A DNA stretch of 63,325 nucleotides, filler included, from Octopus bimaculoides (taxonomy: Eukaryota), in assembly GCF_001194135.2 (NCBI RefSeq). It is 3 parts of 3 records of this genome, joined end to end, with 100 filler letters (N's around TTAATTAATTAA, not from the genome) between each part and the next. Parts side by side here need not be neighbours in the genome. Positions count along the whole stretch, not along the records: positions 18,201 to 50,050 come from NC_069004.1; 2 more parts are not named here. One strand, written 5' to 3'. The position numbers were made by a program, and so were the translations under genes. Positions within the stretch are counted from its first letter, which is position 1. Every line of letters starts with the position of its first letter. This document shows, one piece after another, positions 28,016-42,169 of this stretch. The notes under the pieces are model-generated. The model ran no database searches. It saw nothing but the letters and a program-made list of their open reading frames with translations, and had not been told where the DNA came from.

Positions 28016-28868
28016 NNNNNNNNNNNNNNNNNNNNNNNNNNNNNNNNNNNNNNNNNNNNNNNNNNNNNNNNNNNNNNNNNNNNNNNNNNNNNNNNNNNNN
28101 NNNNNNNNNNNNNNNNNNNNNNNNNNNNNNNNNNNNNNNNNNNNNNNNNNNNNNNNNNNNNNNNNNNNNNNNNNNNNNNNNNNNNNNNNNNNNNNNNNNN
28201 NNNNNNNNNNNNNNNNNNNNNNNNNNNNNNNNNNNNNNNNNNNNNNNNNNNNNNNNNNNNNNNNNNNNNNNNNNNNNNNNNNNNNNNNNNNNNNNNNNNN
28301 NNNNNNNNNNNNNNNNNNNNNNNNNNNNNNNNNNNNNNNNNNNNNNNNNNNNNNNNNNNNNNNNNNNNNNNNNNNNNNNNNNNNNNNNNNNNNNNNNNNN
28401 NNNNNNNNNNNNNNNNNNNNNNNNNNNNNNNNNNNNNNNNNNNNNNNNNNNNNNNNNNNNNNNNNNNNNNNNNNNNNNNNNNNNNNNNNNNNNNNNNNNN
28501 NNNNNNNNNNNNNNNNNNNNNNNNNNNNNNNNNNNNNNNNNNNNNNNNNNNNNNNNNNNNNNNNNNNNNNNNNNNNNNNNNNNNNNNNNNNNNNNNNNNN
28601 NNNNNNNNNNNNNNNNNNNNNNNNNNNNNNNNNNNNNNNNNNNNNNNNNNNNNNNNNNNNNNNNNNNNNNNNNNNNNNNNNNNNNNNNNNNNNNNNNNNN
28701 NNNNNNNNNNNNNNNNNNNNNNNNNNNNNNNNNNNNNNNNNNNNNNNNNNNNNNNNNNNNNNNNNNNNNNNNNNNNNNNNNNNNNNNNNNNNNNNNNNNN
28801 NNNNNNNNNNNNNNNNNNNNNNNNNNNNNNNNNNNNNNNNNNNNNNNNNNNNNNNNNNNNNNNNNNNN

Positions 28869-28928
<60 letters not shown>

Positions 28929-29532
28929 ATGTGTATACGCGAGAGAATATAAAACCGAATATAAAAACCTATCGAGACAAATAGAGGTAGGAAGGTCGCT
29001 TTGAACTTCTTCGAAGTCGCTTTCCAAATCAATCAATCAATCAATCGACCTCTCTCTCTCTCTCACCCTCTCCCTCTCTCCCTTTCTTGCTCTCCTTTCT
29101 CTCTCTTATTCTCTCTGTTTCTCTCCTTGTCTTTCCATTTTTTTCTCCCTCATTATTTTCCGCAATGAGTAAGAAACCTCGAAGTGCTGTCTGGATCTGC
29201 ACGAAAGTGCAGCCAAGTCTTACCGAATGAAACTCACAACATCTTCTGGAAATACCTGTTATATTTTATATGTACGTCAATCTACAAAGGAGCTATTTCA
29301 CTGTTATCAACTTGCTAGAAATAACAGCGAAAATTCCCTCCCATCACTACCTAAAGACTTAAAATAAGCAACATTCAGAGACTATAGAACTACATATATA
29401 TTACAGAGGTTAGTTCGACTAGAATACGTTGATAATCATTCCGTGCCAACCAAATATACACACATATGCACACACACAGAGATATACATGCATATATGTA
29501 TACACATACACAAGCATAATATAGATATGCGC

Positions 29533-29591
<59 letters not shown>

Positions 29592-29624
29592 TATTATTTA
29601 AAAGCAGCAAAAATATCACAAAAA

Positions 29625-29662
29625 CTGTTACTCGGAGTTTCACGTTCCCGTTCGTCGAACAT
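29625..29662 (-). ncRNA. second minimal hammerhead motif on the opposite strand (core UCGACGA)
   Basis: minus strand tgt-tcgacga-acgggaacgt-gaaa-ctccgagt-a-acag; stem III actc/gagt. Confidence 0.5.
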
Positions 29663-29692
29663 TTTTGTTAGAATGGTTCCATTCTAACAAAA

Positions 29693-29730
29693 TTGTCCGA
29701 CGAACGGGAACGTGAAACTGTGAGTAACAG
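29693..29730 (+). ncRNA. minimal type I hammerhead ribozyme motif (variant core CCGACGA)
   Basis: stem I ttgt/acag; core CCGACGA; stem II acg-ggaa-cgt; GAAA; stem III act-gtg-agt; GUA cleavage triplet ending 29726. Confidence 0.6.
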
Positions 29731-30246
29731 TATTTTGTGATATTTCTGCTGCTTTAAAAAAATATTACTCTAACTCTGGTATTTGAGTTCTCTTTTTTCC
29801 TAGTTTAACATTTATGTGCTTACTGAGGTATATATATATATATATATACATATACATAAGGTAAAGAAGTTGGGATTTAGAAACCATGCAGGTTCCTTAT
29901 TAGCACTCTGATACAATCCAGATCTGGCTAACCACATCGAATGATAAGTAGCGTACAGAAATATACTGACAAACAATTACAAGGTACTTCCCTCGATACG
30001 TGAATTCTGAGTTTCCTTCATTGGATATCACATAGCGTTCAGAGTATTTATAATGAAGACATCTTAAATGTACATAAATACTACGTCAAAGGACATTGAC
30101 ACTTATCCATCGAAAATTGGAATTTAATGTAAATTTAATGAGAATAATACGGTAATAAACAAATTTTGCAGATGTATAAGTCTCCATTTTTCCATGTATA
30201 AACATTTGTGTGTTTGTGTGTGTATGGGCATATATGCATGCATGAA

Positions 30247-30306
<60 letters not shown>

Positions 30307-30456
30307 TGTATATGTGTGTGTGTGTATGTGTGTGCATATAGGCATGTATTTATATATGCATATAAAGTCATGGTCTGTTGACAACTTAATGTGGCTCTCC
30401 CAGATAGATAGATAAATAGATAGATAGACAGACAGACGGGCAGTCAGATAGATAGA

Positions 30457-30621
30457 TACGACAAGATTCTAATAGTTTCCGTCTGCTAAATCCACTTACA
30501 TGTCCTTGGTCGGCCCGGGGTTATAAAAGAAAACACTTGCTCAAGGTGTAACGCAATGGAACTGAACCCGGTGCCTTGTAGTTGTGAAGCAATCTTCTTA
30601 CCACATAGCCATGCCTGCGCC
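30457..30621 (-). mobile_element. SINE family A, diverged 5' half
   Basis: aligns by eye to 52915-53075. Confidence 0.75.
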
Positions 30622-30740
30622 TATACATACATACTTACATATATGCATACGTGCACGCATATATAAGAAATACGTATATACATACATGCTTGGATGTATG
30701 CATTCATCCATCCATCCACTCATCCATCCATACATATATA

Positions 30741-30850
30741 CATACGAACAAAAATACCGTGTTGTTGTTGTTGTTGAAATTCCAATAAAGGAACTTTGGA
30801 TCTAGGCTAGAAATCTTGAAATAAACTGAATAACGACACACATACAGACA
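30741..30850 (+). mobile_element. 3' terminal remnant of an R4/Dong-like element ending in an ACAT-type tail
   Basis: ttccaataaaggaactttggatctaggctagaaatcttgaaataaactgaataacga matches the 3' UTR at 46547-46632 that follows the RLE C-terminus. Confidence 0.7.
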
Positions 30851-30851
30851 T

Positions 30852-31328
30852 AAAACAAATGGTTACCTGCTAGGATCTTCAACTGCGACAAATATCAACG
30901 TGATTCGTAATCTCTTTGTAAACGACCTGAAGATTTATGCTAAGAGTGTTAAGAATGCCAAAATCAACTGGAATTAATTACATTTTCAGTTGATATAGGC
31001 ATGGAATTTGGCCAAAAGAAATGTTTATATTTGGTTATAGAACGCGGCAAGCCAATTCCCCAAACCAAAAACCTGTGCATCAACGGTCTCTCTATCTCCA
31101 CCATTCTACAGAAAGAATGTTACAAGTACCTAGGCATAGGCGAAAAGGTATCATATAAAGGCACTATGAATAAAAATAGAGTGACCCGAGAATATTACAC
31201 AAGACTTAGTAAAATATGACAGTCGGAACTCTCCCCTTACAACAATACAATATCCCACAATGCATTTGCAGTACCAGTGGTGATCCCAACATTTGGGATA
31301 CTTAACTGGTCTCTCTATCTGTCTTTAG

Positions 31329-31385
<57 letters not shown>

Positions 31386-31590
31386 GTTTCTAAATTGGTC
31401 TGTAGAGGAAATCTGTAGAGGAAATCCATTCCATAGATATCGAAACCCACAAAATCCTGAGAACAACTGGTAACTTCCACAGAAACAGTGATATTGACAG
31501 GCTCTACCTAAGAAGAAATGAAGGTGGTAGAGGCCTGAGATCAGTGCAGACGGTCTTCAAATGCCGTATGGTATCACTCAGGCAACACCT
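30852..31590 (+). mobile_element. R4/Dong-clade RLE retrotransposon RT/thumb fragment, degenerate, interrupted by a microsatellite insert at about 31312-31400
   Basis: LFVNDLKIYAK, DIGMEFGQKKC, YKYLGI, AFAVPVVIPTFGILNW, NFHRNSDIDRLYLRRNEGGRGLRSV. Confidence 0.9.
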
Positions 31591-31885
31591 GCACACAGAC
31601 ATACACATACGAACATAAATACACACACACACAAAGTCATACATATACAAACATAAATACACACACACAGTCATACATATACGAACACAAATACACATAC
31701 ACAAAAAGTTACAAACGAACATAATTATACACACACAGACACACATAAGTCACACACATTCGAACATAAATACACAAACACAGTCGCATACATACGAACA
31801 TAAATACACACATGCACACATAGTCACACTCATACGAACATAAATATACACACACACAAACACAGTCGCGTACATACGAACGTAA
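31590..31885 (+). repeat. degenerate minisatellite, unit about 35-40 bp (cagtcacacacatacgaacataaatacacacaca), about 8-9 copies
   Basis: recurring tacgaacataaatacac and agtc motifs. Confidence 0.8.
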
Positions 31886-31944
31886 TTGTCCATACATGCA
31901 TGCATATATTTGCGACGAGATTCTACACATAATCAGTCTAACAA

Positions 31945-32085
31945 ATTCACTCACAAGTCATCAGTTTGTCGGCTGGGAATACGTTTAGAAGGTACTTGCT
32001 CAAAGTGCCGCGTAGTGGAACTGAACACGAGCCCAAAGCACGTGATTGCTAAGCGAACTTCTGAACTACAAAGCCACGTCAGCGA
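31945..32085 (-). mobile_element. old SINE family A 5' half
   Basis: aaattcactcacaag...gtacttgctcaaagtgccgcgtagtggaactgaac. Confidence 0.55.
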
Positions 32086-33104
32086 CTATATTGTGAATAT
32101 GCGTAGTTATATAAAATTCCTCTAAAGCTGCCTGCAAATTCTTCGTTTTTTTTGTTTTTTTTTTGCAGCGTTTCTCTCTTAATTTCGAGCAACATATCTT
32201 GACGCCGATATTAAAGCACTTTCGCCATTAACAATAATTTTTATCTTGTCGATCAAATTTGTCACAGTTAAATTAACATATCACCACATAGAGACTATAT
32301 TTTCGCCTTGGTCTTTGATTGTAAAAGAATAAAAACATCTTTATTAATTTATCCTCTATTTCATCTTTTCTACACACGTATGTTAATGTGAGTATGAAGA
32401 GTGGGTGTGCGTGTATGTGTGTGTTTGTGTGTGTGTGTGTGTGTGAGTTCGTGGGTTATACAAGGATCGAGATCAGTATTATATGATTAAAAGCTACAAT
32501 TTGCCAATGTACCGTCACTACATACATATTTACGAGCGACTGGTTCGGAGATGAATGTGGCCCACAAAGTACAGCGGAAAAATATCTCTGCCAGTAAAAC
32601 AATAATGAGGTCAATTTTAAAAAATAAAGAAAGAATAATATAAAGGTATCTACCTATAGCAATATAGTATTTAAAATGCCTCTGTCGTTCTCTCTGACTC
32701 TCTCTCTCTCTCTTTCTATATATCTCGTTATCTCTCTGTCTAACAAGCTTTTTATTTATCTCTCTCTCACATACACACGCACACGTTCAATGACCCACTT
32801 TTTTCTCTCCAGTTTAAAGAATATTTTTGTTTGATCTTTGATCTTTGACGATAATGTTTACGACAAGTTCTGTCTATGACCAACGTGGATGGCAATAGCA
32901 CTATTAATGGATATTCGTCGCCATAGGGTGTGTATATATATTTAGAGACACTCACACACACACGCACACACATATATACTTATATATAATTTATATATAT
33001 ACATATATGCATGTGCATATGTGTGCATGCAAATGTTTCAAGTATGAATATATATATATAAATATATATATATATGTGTATGTATATATATATATATATG
33101 TATG

Positions 33105-33159
<55 letters not shown>

Positions 33160-33970
33160 GAGAGAGAGGGAGAGAGAGAGGGGGAGAGAGATAGATAGAT
33201 AGATAGATAGATAGATACACATATATGGATATAAGTATTTGTGTGTGTGTTAATGTATATATGTGTGTACGCATTTATATATACATTTACACGTGCATTT
33301 ACACATATAGGTATATGATTAAAATCGAAATAAGCAACAGGATATCCAGAGGTAATGCTGTACGATCGTTTCAGGTGACTCTATATAATTGAACAATGCA
33401 ACCATGACATCAATTTAAATGCAGAGCAATCCTCAGTCGCATATGCATATGAATATACTGATAGGTGTGTTCTTACGTGTCCAGGCAGACGTTAAACAAT
33501 TAGAAAGTATTCTTGGTTCGTTAATCAAACCAAAAACAATTCTATAATATATATTATAATATTTCCTGATGTTATAATATTTCCTGATGTTAGCATATTT
33601 GCGATCAAACATGTATGTTTGAAATAGAACTGCTCTCTGAAACTACATATATATATACATCACACACACACACACACAAATACACACGTATGTACGTATG
33701 TATTTATGTATGTATGTATGTGTGTATGTTTTGAAATATTCAGTTAACTAAGATAAATTGAAATGGCTTCGTTGATATATTTATATGTTTCCTGAAGCAG
33801 CTCGTTCTTCAATATTCCACGATTCTTGACGATTCTTGTGAAGAAACTCAAACAGACACGCACACATATACTACACACGTGTAGACACACATACACATTA
33901 CACACACACACACACAGAAGGAAAACATAAAACGCTTACACATCATATATGTGTGTGTGTATGTGCGTGT

Positions 33971-34014
<44 letters not shown>

Positions 34015-34157
34015 ACCTATATATATATATATATATATATATAAACACATATATGTATGCATATATGTACATATACACACACACATATTTATATATATAT
34101 GTAAAGGTATGTTTATCAATATGTCTATATAAGTACCTACCTATATACACATATATG

Positions 34158-34212
<55 letters not shown>

Positions 34213-34457
34213 TTATACATGTATTTATATGTACATATATACATACGTAAATATACATATATTTGTTCTGTGTTGGGGTATTGACATGTGCGTATGAATA
34301 TGCATCTGTGTGTTTGTGTGTGTTTGTGTGTGAGTGTGTGTGTCTTTAGTTGCCTCAATTCTGAAATACCTACAATTCATTGATTCCAAATCTGTCATGT
34401 ATGTTTTATTTTTCCCTTCACTCCAAGCATAATCACTCCAAGCATAAGAACCCCTCC

Positions 34458-34510
<53 letters not shown>

Positions 34511-37114
34511 CACACAGGCATACACATCCAACTTCTTCCGCTCTTTTTTATCTCCTCTTTCCCGCTTCACTCCCACTCCCTCTATTTCTTTCAGTGTGAA
34601 TTTGTATCTAACTTTATAAATATGTTTATATACATTAATTTGCAAGTAAATAGAAATATACAAGTTCATATTTTATGTATGGTGTGTTTTTCTGCATTGC
34701 ATTGTTTGCAAGAGTGTTTTACTGATCGTGGCGAATATACATATTCGAGGTGACACTGAGTGTGACACAGCTGGCCTTTTGAAATGCAAGTACGACTCAT
34801 TTTTGGCAGCTGAGTGGACTGGATAAAGAGGAAATGTAGAGAATTGCTCTGGAACTTTTAACCTAAGTGCTAAAACGCTTGTGACCCTGAGATATTTACA
34901 GATTATAAGAAAGGCTTTCCGACATTGCCATGTATTCATAAGAAGAACTTGCAGTACGTCTGCGTAGCTCCTGCAGTTGTTTCCATGTAACGTAAAACAT
35001 CTCTGACACATATTTTATCCTAACGAAACCTGTCCTAGGGTCAAAGAGAGGCGATGGCGGAATGGGAGCCAGTTCGGTAAATTAGCCCTGTTGAAATCAA
35101 GAATGACCAAAGAGTCAGGAGAAATTCACGAGGAACGCAGTGGAGAAACACCGCTTAAGACGAGCCCTAATGGTAGCCAAAAGCAAAGTAGGGCCTGAAA
35201 GAACCCTATTTTGTAATGCCTCTTTCGTTTCCACCCCATGAGCTGAGCTGAGCATCAAGCAAAGACCTAAGTCTAAAGTTAAAATTTTGTAAATCCATGG
35301 AAACCGTGCTTCAGCCGTCTTGGTTACTAGCCTGTATTTCACTAAATACCTATCGTCGTTATTGATTGTTGGTTTCATTCGAGCAAATAAAACATATTAC
35401 ACCATTCTATTTGATGGTTAATTAAACTAATTCTACGGTTGTTTTCGCACTTCTACACGTTTCTGTTCTTTGGCATGACATGGTTATAACAATTGATTCT
35501 GTCGATTTACAATGAATTTCTGTGACATTTTCACCTCTCCGCTTTAATAACTTTGCTTTTATGTTATCAGTTCCAGGTGATTAGTTTCTTAATTGCTCGT
35601 GTAACATCTCCCCTTCTAATGATTTCTGGCTCTTATGGTCAACTAATGCGACATTATTATCTAACTCTGATTTCTGACTGTAATGTCCCTCACACAATTT
35701 TACAATTTCAAGTTGTTTCATTTACTTCGGTTAATTTGTTACGTCATATGTAGACACACACTCACACATATTATGTATATATCGAAGTGTTCAGTATTAT
35801 ATATCCATTACGGCCGATCTTACCAATCGCTTTCGCGCTAGACTTTCAATGAAGTGTTAGATAAGAGCTCGATTATGTATCTCTGTTGAACCCCTAGTGC
35901 GAAACTAATTGGTAAGATCAGCTGCAATGGATATATAATACTGTACACTTCGATTAATATACCCACTCTACTGACAAATATATGAGAGCATAATTCATAA
36001 TCTTCCTGACTTAAGGAGTCTTAGAAGATGATATGTGTGTGTGTGGCTGTCTGTCTGGGCTTCCTAACAATTTGTGTCTAATTAATCCATTGATTGTCCC
36101 GTGGTAGATTAGAAGACCTGCTTACAAAGTGACGAGATTGCACAGCCTTACCTTCAGGAAAAACTTGTCACTTTGCGAAGAAGAAGAATTCTCTTGCTTC
36201 GTATTGCATATTCAAAGGATTCAGCAAATTCTTCGAAACGGTTTCTAATTCTTCCATGAGGATATACGTGTCTGCGGAGTGCTCAACCACTTGTACATTA
36301 ATTTTATGAGCAGCAGGCTGTTCCGTTGAACGGATCAACAGGGACCTGCGTCGTCGTAACCGAAGCAGTGCCACGTTATATAAATAAATATATATATATA
36401 TATATATATATGCATGTATGCGTGTATGCATGTATGTATGTATGTATAGGTATTCCTCAGCAAGTATATCTACATACATATACTAAATTATAAATAACAA
36501 TATATAACTATATATGTGTGTGAGAACAAGAGAGAGGGTCGGTGTATGTGCGTTCGTATGCGCATGCGTTCGTACGTGCCTGTGTGCGTGTGAGTGTATA
36601 AGACATCATCTATTTGACAAAGGCAATGCCAACCAAAGTAAAGGAATGTCTCTGATATTCAAAGCTGCACCAATTTTTGAACACTAATAGACAGCAATGA
36701 ATATGTTACGTTCATGACGACACTACAAGTTCATACATTTCACCAACTGCCATGTGCATATATATATATATGGAGAAAGAGAGAGAGAGAGAGTGGGGTA
36801 TAGATAATCAACGTTCAGTGCAGCTGGTTCAACTGTCGTACTGTTATTTGTTAATATTAATTCGGATATAGTTGCATATTTCTATGAGTTTATGCATAGA
36901 GATAATGCTATTATCGTCCAATGAATTATACATAAGCAAAGAGCAATATATGTTATAATACAGGAACAAGGTACAGAAAAATTGTTTGATTAAAACAAAA
37001 CCCCCCAAAAAACTATTAAACTCTGATACTGTAATTGAGTACAGTATCAATATACATTACTCTCGAGAAAATACATCTTTCAACACGCACAGACACATAT
37101 CAGTATATGTGTAT

Positions 37115-37145
<31 letters not shown>

Positions 37146-38102
37146 NNNNNNNNNNNNNNNNNNNNNNNNNNNNNNNNNNNNNNNNNNNNNNNNNNNNNNN
37201 NNNNNNNNNNNNNNNNNNNNNNNNNNNNNNNNNNNNNNNNNNNNNNNNNNNNNNNNNNNNNNNNNNNNNNNNNNNNNNNNNNNNNNNNNNNNNNNNNNNN
37301 NNNNNNNNNNNNNNNNNNNNNNNNNNNNNNNNNNNNNNNNNNNNNNNNNNNNNNNNNNNNNNNNNNNNNNNNNNNNNNNNNNNNNNNNNNNNNNNNNNNN
37401 NNNNNNNNNNNNNNNNNNNNNNNNNNNNNNNNNNNNNNNNNNNNNNNNNNNNNNNNNNNNNNNNNNNNNNNNNNNNNNNNNNNNNNNNNNNNNNNNNNNN
37501 NNNNNNNNNNNNNNNNNNNNNNNNNNNNNNNNNNNNNNNNNNNNNNNNNNNNNNNNNNNNNNNNNNNNNNNNNNNNNNNNNNNNNNNNNNNNNNNNNNNN
37601 NNNNNNNNNNNNNNNNNNNNNNNNNNNNNNNNNNNNNNNNNNNNNNNNNNNNNNNNNNNNNNNNNNNNNNNNNNNNTATATATATATATATATATCTATA
37701 TACATATATATATGCACACATACATAGATATATATATATCATATAACTTTACTGCAAACTTTTTCCCAATTGTTACATGTGTTCGCCAATTTTTGATTAA
37801 ATAAAGTATTTCAAAGAGCGAAGGCGTCTTGAATATTTGAATGTTATATTTTTTCACGATATTATATTTCGTCTCATTGACGAGATACTAAATTCAATCA
37901 AAACCTTTTCCATATTATATTTGTATTGAATATATTTACACTGTAAATGTTAATATATTTCAATGGCTTTGCTATTTTACCGTTGCGTTTGTGATTATTT
38001 GGGAGAGAGGTCTCGAAATTGTCATTAAAATAACCAATATGAAAGTCTAGAACACTGTTCTTCGATTTGATCTAAGAATCTGAAATGTTTCAACTTTTAT
38101 TT

Positions 38103-38240
38103 TTTACTTGCTTCAGACATTGGACTCTGGCCATACTGGAGCACCGTCTGAAGAATTTTATCCGAACTAATGTTTTTTAGTCCTGGTATTTAATGTATTG
38201 GTCTCTCTTGCCAAAAACACAAATACAGGTTGTCAAGCGG
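38103..38240 (-). mobile_element. diverged 3' half of SINE family A abutting a (TA)n/(GATA)n tract
   Basis: ttttacttgcttcagacattggactctggccatactggagcaccg...ggttgtcaagcgg. Confidence 0.65.
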
Positions 38241-38259
38241 TATGTGTGTAAGGCACAAA

Positions 38260-38395
<136 letters not shown>

Positions 38396-38423
38396 TACGT
38401 ATATATATATATATATATATAGG

Positions 38424-38455
<32 letters not shown>

Positions 38456-39170
38456 TAGACAGATAGATAAATAAATAGATATACATTTACATACATACAT
38501 ATAATATTCTTAAACGCACGTCCGCGCACATACACACACATACACACACACACGGGCATGTATACATGCATATTTTCATACGTACAATCACATATAACAT
38601 TCCGTGATGTATAGTACATCGCTTCATCTACACTCACCAAGTCTTTACGCTTTTCTTTCTTCTTTATTTATAGCACGCTACATGAGAAGACGTTGCTTGC
38701 CCTTAGCGGAAACATCCTCATTTGAGCAGAAGGAAATGTTAAGTGATCCTCAACGACCCTTTCACATTATATTGAGAAGTTGCGAGAGAAAGACAAACAG
38801 AATTGAGAGGGTGATACGAGAGGAAGGATGCGCTTTCATACGGATGTATACGTAGGAAGTTACATAATTGCTAGAACTAAAGATTTATCTATTATCATTG
38901 CCTTTTCACGCGTTTCATGATTAGATTTTTTTGTTCACTATTTACGCCGGTCGATCTCTGATGAAGATGATAATTAGATCGAATAATTATAGCACGCGTG
39001 TTGCTTCATCAAAGGATTCGTGACCTCATTTAGGTGCAGCCTTTGGGGAGTGCGTATGTGCTTTCATGTGTGTAGGTATATATATATAAATATGCATGCA
39101 TATATATATATATATATATACATGCATATATATATACATACATATATATGCATATGTACATATATATTTC

Positions 39171-39202
<32 letters not shown>

Positions 39203-41421
39203 TGCATATTCATATGAAGGTATACACATATAAATTTATCTATCTGCATATATCAATCAATTTATNNNNNNNNNNNNNNNNNNNNNNNNNNNNNNNNNNN
39301 NNNNNNNNNNNNNNNNNNNNNNNNNNNNNNNNNNNNNNNNNNNNNNNNNNNNNNNNNNNNNNNNNNNNNNNNNNNNNNNNNNNNNNNNNNNNNNNNNNNN
39401 NNNNNNNNNNNNNNNNNNNNNNNNNNNNNNNNNNNNNNNNNNNNNNNNNNNNNNNNNNNNNNNNNNNNNNNNNNNNNNNNNNNNNNNNNNNNNNNNNNNN
39501 NNNNNNNNNNNNNNNNNNNNNNNNNNNNNNNNNNNNNNNNNNNNNNNNNNNNNNNNNNNNNNNNNNNNNNNNNNNNNNNNNNNNNNNNNNNNNNNNNNNN
39601 NNNNNNNNNNNNNNNNNNNNNNNNNNNNNNNNNNNNNNNNNNNNNNNNNNNNNNNNNNNNNNNNNNNNNNNNNNNNNNNNNNNNNNNNNNNNNNNNNNNN
39701 NNNNNNNNNNNNNNNNNNNNNNNNNNNNNNNNNNNNNNNNNNNNNNNNNNNNNNNNNNNNNNNNNNNNNNNNNNNNNNNNNNNNNNNNNNNNNNNNNNNN
39801 NNNNNNNNNNNNNNNNNNNNNNNNNNNNNNNNNNNNNNNNNNNNNNNNNNNNNNNNNNNNNNNNNNNNNNNNNNNNNNNNNNNNNNNNNNNNNNNNNNNN
39901 NNNNNNNNNNNNNNNNNNNNNNNNNNNNNNNNNNNNNNNNNATATATATATATATATATATATATAAACACACACACACACACATATATATATATACATA
40001 CGTATGAATGCATGTATGATTATATAGAAACACACGTTTTATATGCGTAAATGTATGTGTATGTGCTTGGGTGTGTAGATATGTATGTGTGTATGCATGT
40101 ATTTATGAAATGTACTTATGTGTGAATGTTTATGTGTATGAGTTTGTGAGTAACTAGATGCATTATGTATACATGTGTGTGTATTTATATACTGATACTT
40201 ATTAAAATGCTATTTAAATTTTGATAATTAAATTATATCTTAATTCATTGCTCCTTCCATCCCTCCCTCTCCACCAAATATATTCATGTACCAACATATA
40301 CATGTATATACATAAACACATACATACACCTATCATACATCCGTGTATGCTTACATACATACATATATGCATATATACATACATATATTCGTGCGCAATC
40401 TACTCCTATACATACGTACATACGTGCATATCTACATGCACTCAAGCACGCACCAGTGAATTCACCCTCTTCATACGTGTCTCTCCTCCCCACCAACATC
40501 ACCACCACCACCACCACCACCACCACCACCACCNNNNNNNNNNNNNNNNNNNNNNNNNNNNNNNNNNNNNNNNNNNNNNNNNNNNNNNNNNNNNNNNNNN
40601 NNNNNNNNNNNNNNNNNNNNNNNNNNNNNNNNNNNNNNNNNNNNNNNNNNNNNNNNNNNNNNNNNNNNNNNNNNNNNNNNNNNNNNNNNNNNNNNNNNNN
40701 NNNNNNNNNNNNNNNNNNNNNNNNNNNNNNNNNNNNNNNNNNNNNNNNNNNNNNNNNNNNNNNNNNNNNNNNNNNNNNNNNNNNNNNNNNNNNNNNNNNN
40801 NNNNNNNNNNNNNNNNNNNNNNNNNNNNNNNNNNNNNNNNNNNNNNNNNNNNNNNNNNNNNNNNNNNNNNNNNNNNNNNNNNNNNNNNNNNNNNNNNNNN
40901 NNNNNNNNNNNNNNNNNNNNNNNNNNNNNNNNNNNNNNNNNNNNNNNNNNNNNNNNNNNNNNNNNNNNNNNNNNNNNNNNNNNNNNNNNNNNNNNNNNNN
41001 NNNNNNNNNNNNNNNNNNNNNNNNNNNNNNNNNNNNNNNNNNNNNNNNNNNNNNNNNNNNNNNNNNNNNNNNNNNNNNNNNNNNNNNNNNNNNNNNNNNN
41101 NNNNNNNNNNNNNNNNNNNNNNNNNNNNNNNNNNNNNNNNNNNNNNNNNNNNNNNNNNNNNNNNNNNNNNNNNNNNNNNNNNNNNNNNNNNNNNNNNNNN
41201 NNNNNNNNNNNNNNNNNNNNNNNNNNNNNNNNNNNNNNNNNNNNNNNNNNNNNNNNNNNNNNNNNNNNNNNNNNNNNNNNNNNNNNNNNNNNNNNNNNNN
41301 NNNNNNNNNNNNNNNNNNNNNNNNNNNNNNNNNNNNNNNNNNNNNNNNNNNNNNNNNNNNNNNNNNNNNNNNNNNNNNNNNNNNNNNNNNNNNNNNNNNN
41401 NNNNNNNNNNNNNNNNNNNNN

Positions 41422-41470
<49 letters not shown>

Positions 41471-41706
41471 ATATACATCCCGCCCTTTTTCTCCTCTTCC
41501 CTCAATTTATTTCAGTATTACTTTCCCTAGATCTGTTTTGTATGTATTCATGAACTAATATATCTCAGTGTGTGAGTGTGTATAAAAATATATATATATA
41601 TATATGTGTGTGTATGTATGTATGGTATACATCCATACACACACACACACACTTATATATATGAACATTTACATATATTGAAGCACATATATACATGTAT
41701 ATACAT

Positions 41707-41749
<43 letters not shown>

Positions 41750-42169
41750 AAAAATGGAGACTTAAGCGTACGTTTACTAAAATATCATTTCTAAGTTAAT
41801 AACTAAAGATTTTAAGCTATCAATATACTCCTAATTAATACCGTTATAATCAGTTCTAATCTACTTTGATTTTTCAATAATCTTCCTATCGTTCCTTTCC
41901 TTGTTATCTAAAGACAGCCAGCAGAAATTCATAAACCTATCAGTCATTCGAAATTGCCGTTTCGCACCCGAATATAAAAGTATATCTAGGTAGCTTTACA
42001 CAGAAAAAAAAGTATGTGTAACTTACTCGATTTTCAAGATTTATGCCATATATGTTTTGTATGAAGAAAATCTCACTCATATATATACATATATATATAT
42101 ATATACATATATAATTATTGAGTGTAGTATTCAGCACACTGTTCTATAACTTAACAAAATACAGGGTGT

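Larger units (their letters stand above)
29591..29765. mobile_element. about 175-bp near-perfect foldback; probable inverted pair of Penelope-like terminal repeats
   Basis: arms ttaaaagcagcaaaaatatcacaaaa...gttagaatgg and ccattctaac...ttttgtgatatttctgctgctttaa around a 2-nt centre (29677-29678). Confidence 0.8.

Noticed and set aside
34900-35400. Minus-strand ORFs and splice-like sites
   Set aside because: Could not assemble a consistent reading frame or recognise a domain
38604-38855. ORF with a strong pyrimidine tract and AG near 38670 (MRRRCLPLAETSSFEQKEML...)
   Set aside because: No recognisable homology and no phase-compatible neighbouring exon found
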